NCBI GenBank assembly: GCA_029262005.1
Contig: JAJDAG010000199.1
Span: forward strand, 9,531 to 73,530
Reading direction: 5' to 3'
From: Candidatus Zhuqueibacterota bacterium
GTDB taxonomy: Bacteria; Zhuqueibacterota; Zhuqueibacteria; Oceanimicrobiales; Oceanimicrobiaceae
DNA: 64,000 bases
Each line of letters opens with the position of its first letter. The first letter of the stretch is position 1. Under the pieces are notes generated by a model that saw only the letters and a list, made by a program, of their open reading frames with translations, had not been told where the DNA came from and made no database searches. Position numbers and translations under genes: made by a program. Positions 47,351-56,286 of this stretch are shown here, piece by piece.

Positions 47351-48229
47351 GTAATTGTCGAAGAGTTGAAAATTCGATGGGATCCCGGTCAGGTTGTCTC
47401 TTTCCTGCACGCTGGTTATGATAGAAAGAGAATCAAGCCGCCCAAATCCCTGTGCATTGGTGAAATTGGGATTCATGTCCCCGTTCTGGCTCTGGGCTGT
47501 TGCCACCAGAAAGACATCTTTCGATATCCAGTCATACTGAACAAAACTATCGACATTGGTTGACACAAGTATGCCGTTGACAATGCTTTGGTTGGTAACC
47601 TTGACTTTTTGGTGCACACGTAAACACTCAAAGTCTCCCATTGGCAACCTGACGGTGCCCCAACCGTCCACTGTGTTCAGTGTTGTATCAATGGAAATAT
47701 TGGCGGTCAGCGGATAAATTCCAGTGGTGTCGCGCTCTGGCGCTAGCCAGGTGTTATTGAATAATAACGGCAGGGGAGCCAGACTATCGTTTTGGAAAAA
47801 GACAAACGAGGTATCAAACCCGCCGGTGCTAATATAAGAACTATCGCCAATAGCGAGAAAATCAGTTGCCGTGACTTTGAAAAAATTGAAGAAGGCGGAA
47901 CCGGGCGCCTCATATGAGGTAATCTTCTCGACCAGATTTGCACCCGGGAAAGTTGTGCCGGAGACGGTTTCGTCCAACCGCAAAAATTCAGTGACTCCGA
48001 ATGCACTGTCGCCGATCGCCTGGCTTCTGAAGTCCCAAACCTGGTTTGCACCCGGAGAACCAACATCAATGGGTATACTGAATCGCCGGTCTTCGAGAAC
48101 AACTTGCCGGGAGCCGATTTGGCCGAGAAAGTCAGAATCGCTGAGAGTTATTTGAGAAAAAACATGGGTTGGCAAAATTGCCAGAAATGTCAATGTTGTA
48201 AGCGTCAAAAGTAATTGTCTTCTGTTCAT
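47099..48229 (-). CDS. T9SS cargo protein (type-A CTD), N-terminal domain unknown
   Basis: Signal peptide MNRRQLLLTLTTLTFLAILPTHVFSQ. C-terminus NYPNPFNPETVIKYQLNESADVEVAIFNLLGQRIRLL...KMLLLQ. Confidence 0.65.
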   Translation of the reverse strand: MNRRQLLLTLTTLTFLAILPTHVFSQITLSDSDFLGQIGSRQVVLEDRRFSIPIDVGSPGANQVWDFRSQAIGDSAFGVTEFLRLDETVSGTTFPGANLVEKITSYEAPGSAFFNFFKVTATDFLAIGDSSYISTGGFDTSFVFFQNDSLAPLPLLFNNTWLAPERDTTGIYPLTANISIDTTLNTVDGWGTVRLPMGDFECLRVHQKVKVTNQSIVNGILVSTNVDSFVQYDWISKDVFLVATAQSQNGDMNPNFTNAQGFGRLDSLSIITSVQERDNLTGIPSNFQLFDNYPNPFNPETVIKYQLNESADVEVAIFNLLGQRIRLLLSQNQPEGIHQIKWDGTNDAGRAVSSGVYLYELRSGALRQSKKMLLLQ

Positions 48230-48285
48230 TGTTTCCTCCCTTGCTGGACTTTGAAATTGAAGCGATCTAAGATTGGACGTGAATG

Positions 48286-49362
48286 TTATTGTAATAAAGT
48301 CATTTTTTTAGTTTTTGTCAAGAAGCCTGCTTGTATTTGCCAGACATAAATACCACTTGCCAGGGCTGCTCCCTGCTGATTTCTTCCATCCCAACGAACT
48401 GAATGCGCGCCGGCTGAAAGTTTGTCATTGACTAAAGTGCGCACCAATTGCCCTTTAGTGTTGTAGATTTTCAAAGTCACTGGCGAAGGAAACTCAAGCT
48501 CGAAGCTGAGTGTTGTAGCCGGGTTGAATGGATTCGGATAGTTCTGCAAAAGTTTGAATTCATCCGGTGTTTCGAGCGGAATTTGCCCCACACTCGTGGC
48601 TGAACAATCTCCCTGAATGGCAAAAACACCCATGTCTGCGGACCAGTTTTTGGCCAGTGATGAATTTCCAGTGGCCAAATCAATTGTTCTGAGTTCACCG
48701 GTTGTGCCGGTAAAAGCGCTCCAATAGAGAATACCGGTTACAGGATCGAAATCCATATCCTGTGCAAAAAAGCCGGCAGTGAAATTCAGCGGACCGATGA
48801 CAGTGCCCTCTGCCGTTGCAGGATCGATGCGCAGCAAATTGTTGTTTTCCGCATCGATTCCGTAAAGTTCGCCACTACAGTTAACAGCCAGAGTGATTAA
48901 GAAATTCGTATTGGTGACTGTGCCAATCAGCGTGGCCACGCCGGTTGCCAAATCGAAAGTGTACAATTCCGAATCAAACGGCGCCGATTTGTGCCCGGTC
49001 ACGTACGTTGTTCCGCTGGACTCGTGGTAAGCCATGCCAATGATGGGCATGTGTGCCGCGTCCAATCCAGTTACGGTGCCAATAACTGTAAACGCGCCGG
49101 TTGTCAGGCTCAATGTCATTAAGTTTGAAGCTGCGGTGGTATAAAAAACGCCACCCGGCCCGAAGTCAGCGCCTTGTCCGGCGACTGTGGCACCGATAGT
49201 TGTAATTGGCCCACCGGCAGGCAATGGCAAAGATACAAAATTGACCACTGGCCACGTACTGGAATCTACGCCAAATGCTGTGGATTGTGCTTTGAGTTGG
49301 CTGACGTGAGGGATAAAACCAAGCATTAACAAACCGGTAAGAACTGTTTTCACCTGTTGCAT
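48286..49362 (-). CDS. T9SS cargo protein (type-A CTD), N-terminal beta-rich domain unknown
   Basis: Signal peptide. C-terminus NYPNPFNPATTLSFELEFPSPVTLKIYNTKGQLVRTL...SGIYVWQIQAG...KMTLLQ. Confidence 0.65.
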   Translation of the reverse strand: MQQVKTVLTGLLMLGFIPHVSQLKAQSTAFGVDSSTWPVVNFVSLPLPAGGPITTIGATVAGQGADFGPGGVFYTTAASNLMTLSLTTGAFTVIGTVTGLDAAHMPIIGMAYHESSGTTYVTGHKSAPFDSELYTFDLATGVATLIGTVTNTNFLITLAVNCSGELYGIDAENNNLLRIDPATAEGTVIGPLNFTAGFFAQDMDFDPVTGILYWSAFTGTTGELRTIDLATGNSSLAKNWSADMGVFAIQGDCSATSVGQIPLETPDEFKLLQNYPNPFNPATTLSFELEFPSPVTLKIYNTKGQLVRTLVNDKLSAGAHSVRWDGRNQQGAALASGIYVWQIQAGFLTKTKKMTLLQ

Positions 49363-49649
49363 ATTAACCTCCTTGCTAAGTGATAATTGACAGTAAAAGA
49401 GTAGGCTTTTTTCTCAAAACTGTAAATACCGGGATCGCGGTATTTGCCGGCTGTTTTTTTGAGTAATCTTAGGTTTTCGCAGGAATGAGTGGTACTGGAA
49501 ACTGGTTGATGATTATAGAGTTTCTGTGTGACGCGATGCCTGTTTTATGCAAACTGGAAAAATCGGTGAAAAATATTGTCTTGAATAAAGTTGTTAAAAT
49601 GGCTATGCTTGAGCAATGTCTGCTGAATATTGAAATTTAGTTATTTCCC

Positions 49650-52600
49650 GTGGGAAGTACAATGCGCAAAAACATATTTTTTCTAATTATTGTGGTCCTG
49701 TTGCCGGCTTTGAGTTCTATCACAGCGTTTTCCCAATCGCAGCATTCAAATCCAAGTGAAGCCGGGCGTTTTTATATCCGCAATTTTGATTACAAAGAAT
49801 ATGATGCACATCAGCAAAACTGGGGCATTGTTCAGGATGAACGTGGTATTATTTATGTTGGTAACAATTGGGGTATTTTAGAGTATGACGGCGTTGCCTG
49901 GCGCCATATAGTAACGGATAAAAATGCCACTGTCATTGCCATGGATATTGATAGCACGGGCGTAATTTATGTTGGCGCTGAGCAGGGTCTGGGCTACCTG
50001 GAGCCGGATTCCATTGGTTCGATGAAATACGTTTCTCTAGAGGCGTTTATCCCGCCTGCCGAGCGTGAATTTGCTGATGTTTGGCGCGTGCATGCCACAC
50101 GCCACGGCGTTTATTTTTTCACAACATCAAAACTTCTCCTGTGGGCTAATAAGACGTTTACCGTTTTGCCAATTGCTGCACATTCTTACTCCCAGTCTGT
50201 GCGGGACACAGTTTATTATCCGGAAAAAAATGTTGGTTTAATGCGACTTTCAGGCGGTCCGGCTGAGTTGGTTCCCGGCGGCGAGATGTTCGCGACTGAG
50301 CGCATCAGCACCATTTTTCAATTTGATGACAGCGGCCTGCTTCTGGTGGGCACGCGTTCGCTGGGGCTGTATGTTTATGATGGTAAGTCCTTCACCCCGT
50401 TTAGGACCGAAGCCGATGCCTTCCTGAAAACGAATTTGCTTTATAGCGGCACCCGCCTGAAAAATGGTACCTTTGCTTTTGGAACCATCCGTGGTGGCGC
50501 TGCAATTATTGACCGGGATGGTAAGTGGTTGCACAAACTGGACACTGCAACGGGTCTGCGAGATCAAACTATTATTTCCTGCTTTGTAGATGGTCAAGGC
50601 GCCTTGTGGCTGTCTTTAGTGAACGGACTCGCCAGAGTTGAAACTGCTACACCATTCACTCGTTTTGGTTCAGACACTGGGCTGGAAGGGGGTGTTGAAT
50701 CAATTGTCAGGCACAAGGGCATTCTTTACGCCGCCACGCACCGGGGGGTGTATTATCTTGATTCTAAAGCACCGGGACAGGGGAATACCTCCTTTCAGGC
50801 AGTGGCTGGTTTGTCGGGTTTTTCCTGGCAGCTATTTTCAGAAGCAGGTTTGTTGCTGGCCGCCACGGACGCAGGCGTTTACGAAATAAAAGGTGCAACC
50901 GCATTCCCTCTGGAGGCCATTCAGACGCGTGCATTTTCATTTCATCGTCCGGCCGGAGACGACAAACACTTGTTTGTCGGGTTGACGGATGGGGTTGCTG
51001 TTTTGCAGCAGGTGCGCGGCAAGTGGCTGTTTTCAGGTCGCCTAAAAGATGTCGATGTTGAAATTCGTTCAATGACAAGTCAACAAAACGGAAATTTATG
51101 GCTGGGAACCAACGTCCACGGCGCATTTTTAGTGGAAGCGTTGAATCTCTCACAGCCACATGCCACGGGAAAGACTTACGAAGCTGCCGTGACTCAGTTT
51201 GGCCAGGACAAATTGCCGGTTGGTGAAGTTAATGTGTTTGATGTTGACGGCCGGCTATTGTTCGGAACAGAACGAGGCATTCGCTATTTTGACGCAGCCG
51301 AACAACTTTTTAAGCTGGATAGCACTTATGGCGTAGTCTTCGCTGATAATGACCGGTATGTGGGAAGAATTGCTGCTGACAGCCAAAAGCGTGTGTGGAT
51401 TTTTTCCAGAAAAGACAAAAAACGGATGTTTGGTTATGCTGAACCACTTGCGGACGGTACCTTTGCCTGGACGCATTCTTTTTTTCGCAGAATTGCCGAT
51501 GTGGGTATTATTTTCGCAATCTACCCTGAAGGAAACGGCACTGTTTGGGTCGGTGGCACAGAGGGGATTGTCCGTATAAACCAATTCGTTGAACAGCAGC
51601 AAGGGGCCAATTTTCAGGCAATTTTGAGACGGGTGACAGTGAGCGGAGATTCAGTTGTTTTTGATGGTGCAAACTTACCCAAACCTATTGTTGATGCAAG
51701 TATGTCCGGTGTGTTGTTGGGCTATTCTCACAACGCCATGCGATTTGAATTCGCTGCTACGTCATTTGATAAACCGGAAGAAAATGAGTTTCAGTACAAG
51801 CTTGAGGGATTTGAAGATGCCTGGTCTCCTTGGACAAAGGAAGTGAAAAAAGATTACACAAATCTGCCTGAAAATACTTTCCGTTTTAATTTACGCGCCA
51901 GGAATATTTATGGTCAAATCGGTGGACAGAGTGTTTTTGAGTTTTCTATTTTGCCGCCCTGGTACCGTTCCTGGTGGGCTTACTCGGGCTATACTCTTTT
52001 GCTGTTGTTAGGTACGTTTGGTTTTGCAAACATGCAAATGCAGCGCTATCAACGCAAGGCAGCCGCAGCAGTGCAACGGGAAAAAGAGAAAGCCGGTTTA
52101 CGCGAGGCCACTTTGCGGGCCGAAGCCGCAGAGTTACAAATCAAAGCAGCTCAAGCTGAAAAAGAAGTGGAAAAAGAACATATGCGCAGCCGAATTGCCA
52201 GCGATTTACACGATGAAATCGGCAGCAATCTTAGCAGCATTTCCATGATTAGTCAGATGTTGTTGCGGCGTGAAAAAATGTCCGGCAATGAAAAGAAGCG
52301 ATTGCAGAACATTCAAATGGTTGCCCAGGAAACAGCCAATTCCATGAGAGATATTGTTTGGTTTGTCAACCCAAGGAACGACAGCATGGAAAAACTCTTT
52401 ATCCGGATGCGTGAAACGGCCAACCTCATGCTTGAGCCTGTGGACTTTTTATTCAGCAGTCCAAATGAAACGTTTGACTTTGAGACGGGCCTGGATTTTC
52501 GCCGCAACCTGTTTCTGTTTTACAAAGAGTGTCTGCAAAATATTGTTAAGCACGCTGAAGCCGGGACAGTGCAAATTAAAATTGAATTTTCAACAGACAA

Positions 52601-52778
52601 AAACACGCTTTGCCTAGAAGTCAAAGACGATGGTGTTGGCTTCGATGCTGGTGCTCAACACGAAGGCAACGGCCTCAGGAATTTCAAGACCCGTGCTGAG
52701 CAAATGGGCGGTGAAATGGATATCGAGTCTGCACCCGGAAAAGGGACTACGCTGCGCCTCAACGTGAGAATACCGTGA
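49650..52778 (+). CDS. sensor histidine kinase with periplasmic two-component-regulator-propeller (Reg_prop) repeats, Y_Y_Y domain, transmembrane helix, HisKA_3 and HATPase_c domains
   Basis: Repeated W.GT..GL motifs. Y_Y_Y-like FQYKLEGFEDAWSPW. Transmembrane helix GYTLLLLLGTFGF. HisKA_3 RIASDLHDEIGSNLSSI. GNGLRNF and GKGTTL ATPase boxes. Confidence 0.8.
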   Translation: MGSTMRKNIFFLIIVVLLPALSSITAFSQSQHSNPSEAGRFYIRNFDYKEYDAHQQNWGIVQDERGIIYVGNNWGILEYDGVAWRHIVTDKNATVIAMDIDSTGVIYVGAEQGLGYLEPDSIGSMKYVSLEAFIPPAEREFADVWRVHATRHGVYFFTTSKLLLWANKTFTVLPIAAHSYSQSVRDTVYYPEKNVGLMRLSGGPAELVPGGEMFATERISTIFQFDDSGLLLVGTRSLGLYVYDGKSFTPFRTEADAFLKTNLLYSGTRLKNGTFAFGTIRGGAAIIDRDGKWLHKLDTATGLRDQTIISCFVDGQGALWLSLVNGLARVETATPFTRFGSDTGLEGGVESIVRHKGILYAATHRGVYYLDSKAPGQGNTSFQAVAGLSGFSWQLFSEAGLLLAATDAGVYEIKGATAFPLEAIQTRAFSFHRPAGDDKHLFVGLTDGVAVLQQVRGKWLFSGRLKDVDVEIRSMTSQQNGNLWLGTNVHGAFLVEALNLSQPHATGKTYEAAVTQFGQDKLPVGEVNVFDVDGRLLFGTERGIRYFDAAEQLFKLDSTYGVVFADNDRYVGRIAADSQKRVWIFSRKDKKRMFGYAEPLADGTFAWTHSFFRRIADVGIIFAIYPEGNGTVWVGGTEGIVRINQFVEQQQGANFQAILRRVTVSGDSVVFDGANLPKPIVDASMSGVLLGYSHNAMRFEFAATSFDKPEENEFQYKLEGFEDAWSPWTKEVKKDYTNLPENTFRFNLRARNIYGQIGGQSVFEFSILPPWYRSWWAYSGYTLLLLLGTFGFANMQMQRYQRKAAAAVQREKEKAGLREATLRAEAAELQIKAAQAEKEVEKEHMRSRIASDLHDEIGSNLSSISMISQMLLRREKMSGNEKKRLQNIQMVAQETANSMRDIVWFVNPRNDSMEKLFIRMRETANLMLEPVDFLFSSPNETFDFETGLDFRRNLFLFYKECLQNIVKHAEAGTVQIKIEFSTDKNTLCLEVKDDGVGFDAGAQHEGNGLRNFKTRAEQMGGEMDIESAPGKGTTLRLNVRIP

Positions 52779-52872
52779 TCCCGGTATGGTAATTTTTCTT
52801 GCAATTTTATACTATGACAGTGCAGCCAAAATTCTGGCCGGATGTTTTTTCAGTGTTGATTGAGGATGGAAG

Positions 52873-53532
52873 ATGGTACCCAATTCGAAAAAACAGGCAG
52901 CCATCAATGTGATGGTCGTCGAGGACGATAAGCTCTACCGGGAGTCTATCCAGGAGCTGATAAACGAAAGTGAGCACCTGCGTTGCGAGAAAGTTTGTGA
53001 GTCGTGTGAAGAAGCACTTACAACCATGCAGGGGGACTTTGTACCCGAGGTCGTGCTGCTGGATATTGATTTGCCCGGAATGAGTGGCATAGAAGGTATT
53101 CGCCATTTTATGCAGTTGTCACCGGCCACACGCATTTTGATGCTGACTGTGTTTGATGATGATGATAAAATTTTTAACGCCATCTGCCACGGCGCCTCTG
53201 GTTATTTGCTCAAAACAACAACTTCGGATGATATTGCCAAATTTATCACCGCCGTTGTCAGTGGTGGCGCGGCCATGAGTCCAACAGTGGCAGCCCGGGT
53301 TTTGCACATGTTTACCCAGTATTCCGTGCCTCGAAAAGAATATGGCCTGACCGGTCGTGAGAAGGAAATTCTCCAGCATCTGGTCAATGGTATGAGTAAG
53401 AAACACATTGCTTCCCACTTGCACATCAGCCTTTTTACGGTTGATACGCACCTCAAAAATATCTACTCAAAACTGCATGTTCACTCACAAGTTGATGTGG
53501 TGGCAAAGGCACTGCGTGAACGGTTGATTTAG
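52873..53532 (+). CDS. NarL/FixJ-family response regulator (receiver plus LuxR-type helix-turn-helix)
   Basis: VMVVEDD...LLDIDLPGMSG...LMLTVFDDD. Helix-turn-helix LTGREKEILQHLVNGMSKKHIASHLHISLFTVDTHLKNIYSKL. Confidence 0.85.
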   Translation: MVPNSKKQAAINVMVVEDDKLYRESIQELINESEHLRCEKVCESCEEALTTMQGDFVPEVVLLDIDLPGMSGIEGIRHFMQLSPATRILMLTVFDDDDKIFNAICHGASGYLLKTTTSDDIAKFITAVVSGGAAMSPTVAARVLHMFTQYSVPRKEYGLTGREKEILQHLVNGMSKKHIASHLHISLFTVDTHLKNIYSKLHVHSQVDVVAKALRERLI

Positions 53533-53563
53533 GCATGGAAAAACCACTGGGACAAAGACACTT

Positions 53564-53797
53564 TCACTGAAAGTCGTAACGCTCAAGCGTTGCCGCCAAC
53601 ACCAATCGCTGAATGACTACGCAAAAATATAAGTACATCCCCTCAGGACAACCTCTTTCATGTCTTTCCAATTCCACTTGACGTAGTAAGTGCTCGCTGG
53701 TTTTAACGCATTCGCCAGCATTGTGATTTCCCTTTCGAGAACATTTTAAACTGACAATGTGACCTGGGTTGCCCCTGCATCCACTGAAGATGTCCAT
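53564..53797 (-). other. 77-aa ORF with a degenerate HNH-nuclease-like motif (speculative)
   Basis: GHIVSLKCSRKGNHNAGECVKTSEH loosely resembles HIVP.S.GG.....N....C..CH. It lies in a locally AT-rich patch. Confidence 0.15.
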
Positions 53798-53968
53798 TTC
53801 GTTCGGCTAGTCACAATTTTTTAACAATCTGTTTATTCCTCTGTCATCGTCGATTCTTTTGATAAGTTCAGCTTGTTTAACCTATATGTCCGTACTGTCG
53901 TAACTTGCAGAGCAAAAACCGGAATGGTCTGGTCAAAAATGCGCGAATTCATAAATTAAGGAACGATC

Positions 53969-54415
53969 ATGCATGCTTTAAACGCTCTTACACTTTTCGT
54001 GAATCCGTATGTTTTCAGTAATCTAATAACCAGGCGTAAATTTGAAAAAAAATGGAAAGTGTCAATAGGAAAAGAAAAGACTATTTTGTTTCGGAATTAT
54101 TACAACAAGGTTGCTGCTGCTGAGGCATTCTCCACGCAGGAAGTTAAACTTATCGAGGCTTTCAGTAAAACGATGTTGGATTCTCATAAATCCACGGCAA
54201 CCCGCATACAGGATTTTTGGAATGGCTTTGCTGCTGCATTGGGAATATGCACCACTCGCGGCAAAATCATTCGCCTCTATTTTGGATTAATTGAGGATAT
54301 TAAAAATAAAGGTAAAGTAACTCAATTCGAGCCTTTGCTTGCAGCCGAAATCATTGATGCCTTCGCCTGGCTGTTCGAAATTGAGGCCGAGGAATTAAGC
54401 CGAAAAATATCCTGA
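53969..54415 (+). CDS. hypothetical protein (AT-rich gene, no recognised motif)
   Basis: 148-aa ORF with coding-like periodicity and no domain I can recognise. Confidence 0.35.
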   Translation: MHALNALTLFVNPYVFSNLITRRKFEKKWKVSIGKEKTILFRNYYNKVAAAEAFSTQEVKLIEAFSKTMLDSHKSTATRIQDFWNGFAAALGICTTRGKIIRLYFGLIEDIKNKGKVTQFEPLLAAEIIDAFAWLFEIEAEELSRKIS

Positions 54416-54440
54416 GCAAGTTTGTTGTACCTATCCTGAA

Positions 54441-54866
54441 TTATACATCAGCCACAGGTTTGCCTCGGTTCGGATCTGGTATCCCAATGTCGTGCAACTT
54501 AGCCATGAGTTGTTGTTTAGTCACCGGCTTAGGCAAATAGCCATCGCAGAGCTTCATAAACGAATTCAGAATTGTATCCCCGTCATTTAGCACTGAAACC
54601 ATCAAAACTTTAGCGCCTTCACCGATTTCAAGTCCTTCTTCCCGCTCAATGTTACGGATTTCGGTCAATGTTTCATGCCCATCTCCGTTAGGGATAATGA
54701 TATCCAGGCACACAAGATCATAAGGATAATTTTCTCTGAATGACTTGCGAAATGCTCTGATTGCTTCACGTCCGTCCGGAGCAAGTTCGCACTCGCCGAA
54801 TGAATCAAGGTATCTCATCAGTAGTTTTGCTGCAGAAGGATCATCTTCAACGACTAAGATACGCAT
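54441..54866 (-). CDS. single-domain response regulator (CheY-like receiver)
   Basis: MRILVVEDD...DLVCLDIIIPNGDG...VLMVSVLND...KP follows the receiver D-D-K pattern. Confidence 0.8.
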   Translation of the reverse strand: MRILVVEDDPSAAKLLMRYLDSFGECELAPDGREAIRAFRKSFRENYPYDLVCLDIIIPNGDGHETLTEIRNIEREEGLEIGEGAKVLMVSVLNDGDTILNSFMKLCDGYLPKPVTKQQLMAKLHDIGIPDPNRGKPVADV

Positions 54867-55194
54867 GGCCTAACTCCCTTTACTATTCTATTCAATTTTT
54901 GCTCAAGAATCATGAGTTTAGTTGTTTGTTTCCTTATCGGTACAATAGGTGATTGCCTGTACTTTTCAGATTCATTCATGAAGTCAATCATATAGAAAAT
55001 GCCGTTGAATGGTGAAGATTGTTCATTTATTGTCCAGTTGGGCAATAACTTACCAACAAATCCGTCATTACATCTTTCGTAAACGTTAGAACTGTAACTA
55101 TTTTACCCACATGTTGGTCAGTTTTTTCTACCTGTGAAGGACTTGGCACGTTGGTTGCAGTTGCGGCGCGTAAATTTAACGATTTGTCAACGGT

Positions 55195-56247
55195 TTGCCG
55201 GGATTGTTTATAAAATGGTTACCAATCATGAGAAGTAGCAACGCAGTTAAACCTGTCTTTCTCCTTATTTCTGGGTTGATTTTAGGCAGTGGGTGTGCAT
55301 CCAGTCGCTTTCAAACAATTGATGCCTATGTCAGGCAGCAAGACTGGCAAAAAGCAACAACTGCACTCGAAATGGCCATTGAAGCCAACCCTACGGACGG
55401 GGAGGCTCACCTGCAGCTTGCGGAAGTCTATGCGGAATCAGGGATGATTTCGCAGATGTCCGCCTCTCTGCTACAAGCACAGTCTGTTTCTGCGAATCTG
55501 CAAGACCGAGCCGAGTTTATTCGCAAGACATACTGGGCGATTAATTTCAAACGCGGTAATTATAGTTTCGACGATAGACTCTACAGGGAGGCGGCTTTTT
55601 ATTTTGGTCGCGCTGTCCAGATTGACTCCAGCAACATATATAGTATGCGGCAATATGCCGCAGCGCTTTTCAAGGCAGGGCACTACCGGCAGGCGGAAGA
55701 GGTTTATCGTCATATTTTAGACGGCAGGCCGGATGACCTGAGCAGCAAGAACAATCTCGCAGAAATTTTGTTTATACGGAAGCGCTATGCGCAGTGCATC
55801 GAACTCTGCGATTTGATTCTCGCTGACTCCGAGCCGGACACGCAGACTTTGAAGCGCCGCGCCTATGCCTATGATGCCTTGGGGGAGTTTGAAAATGCGG
55901 AAAAAGATTATCTTCTTGCAGCCGCACTTCAACCGTCGGCACAACTTCTGACGGATTTAGGCCTTCTCTATTTTAAGCGAGGGGCTTACCGGGAAGCGAT
56001 CGCACGTTTTACCGAAGCGCTCGCTTTGAGTGACGCACAAGCACAATTATATTCACATCTCGGCGAAGCAAATTGGCAAATTCACGACTATGTTGAAATG
56101 GCCAGATGGTATCAAAAAATTGTGCAATTTTACCCGGACAATCTCTCAGGATGGAAAAACCTGGCTGTGGCTTACGAAATTCTTGGCAAGAAAGATTTAC
56201 TTGCAGAAGCGCGCCATTATATTCATCGAATAAGTAGCACAAATTAG
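55195..56247 (+). CDS. TPR-repeat lipoprotein
   Basis: Signal peptide with lipobox LGSGC. Multiple TPR units (EAHLQLAEVYAESG, AEEVYRHILDGRPDD, ...). Confidence 0.6.
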   Translation: MPGLFIKWLPIMRSSNAVKPVFLLISGLILGSGCASSRFQTIDAYVRQQDWQKATTALEMAIEANPTDGEAHLQLAEVYAESGMISQMSASLLQAQSVSANLQDRAEFIRKTYWAINFKRGNYSFDDRLYREAAFYFGRAVQIDSSNIYSMRQYAAALFKAGHYRQAEEVYRHILDGRPDDLSSKNNLAEILFIRKRYAQCIELCDLILADSEPDTQTLKRRAYAYDALGEFENAEKDYLLAAALQPSAQLLTDLGLLYFKRGAYREAIARFTEALALSDAQAQLYSHLGEANWQIHDYVEMARWYQKIVQFYPDNLSGWKNLAVAYEILGKKDLLAEARHYIHRISSTN

Positions 56248-56286
56248 CCTGAATCAGACATTTATTTTACAGGACCGTTCATTTAC

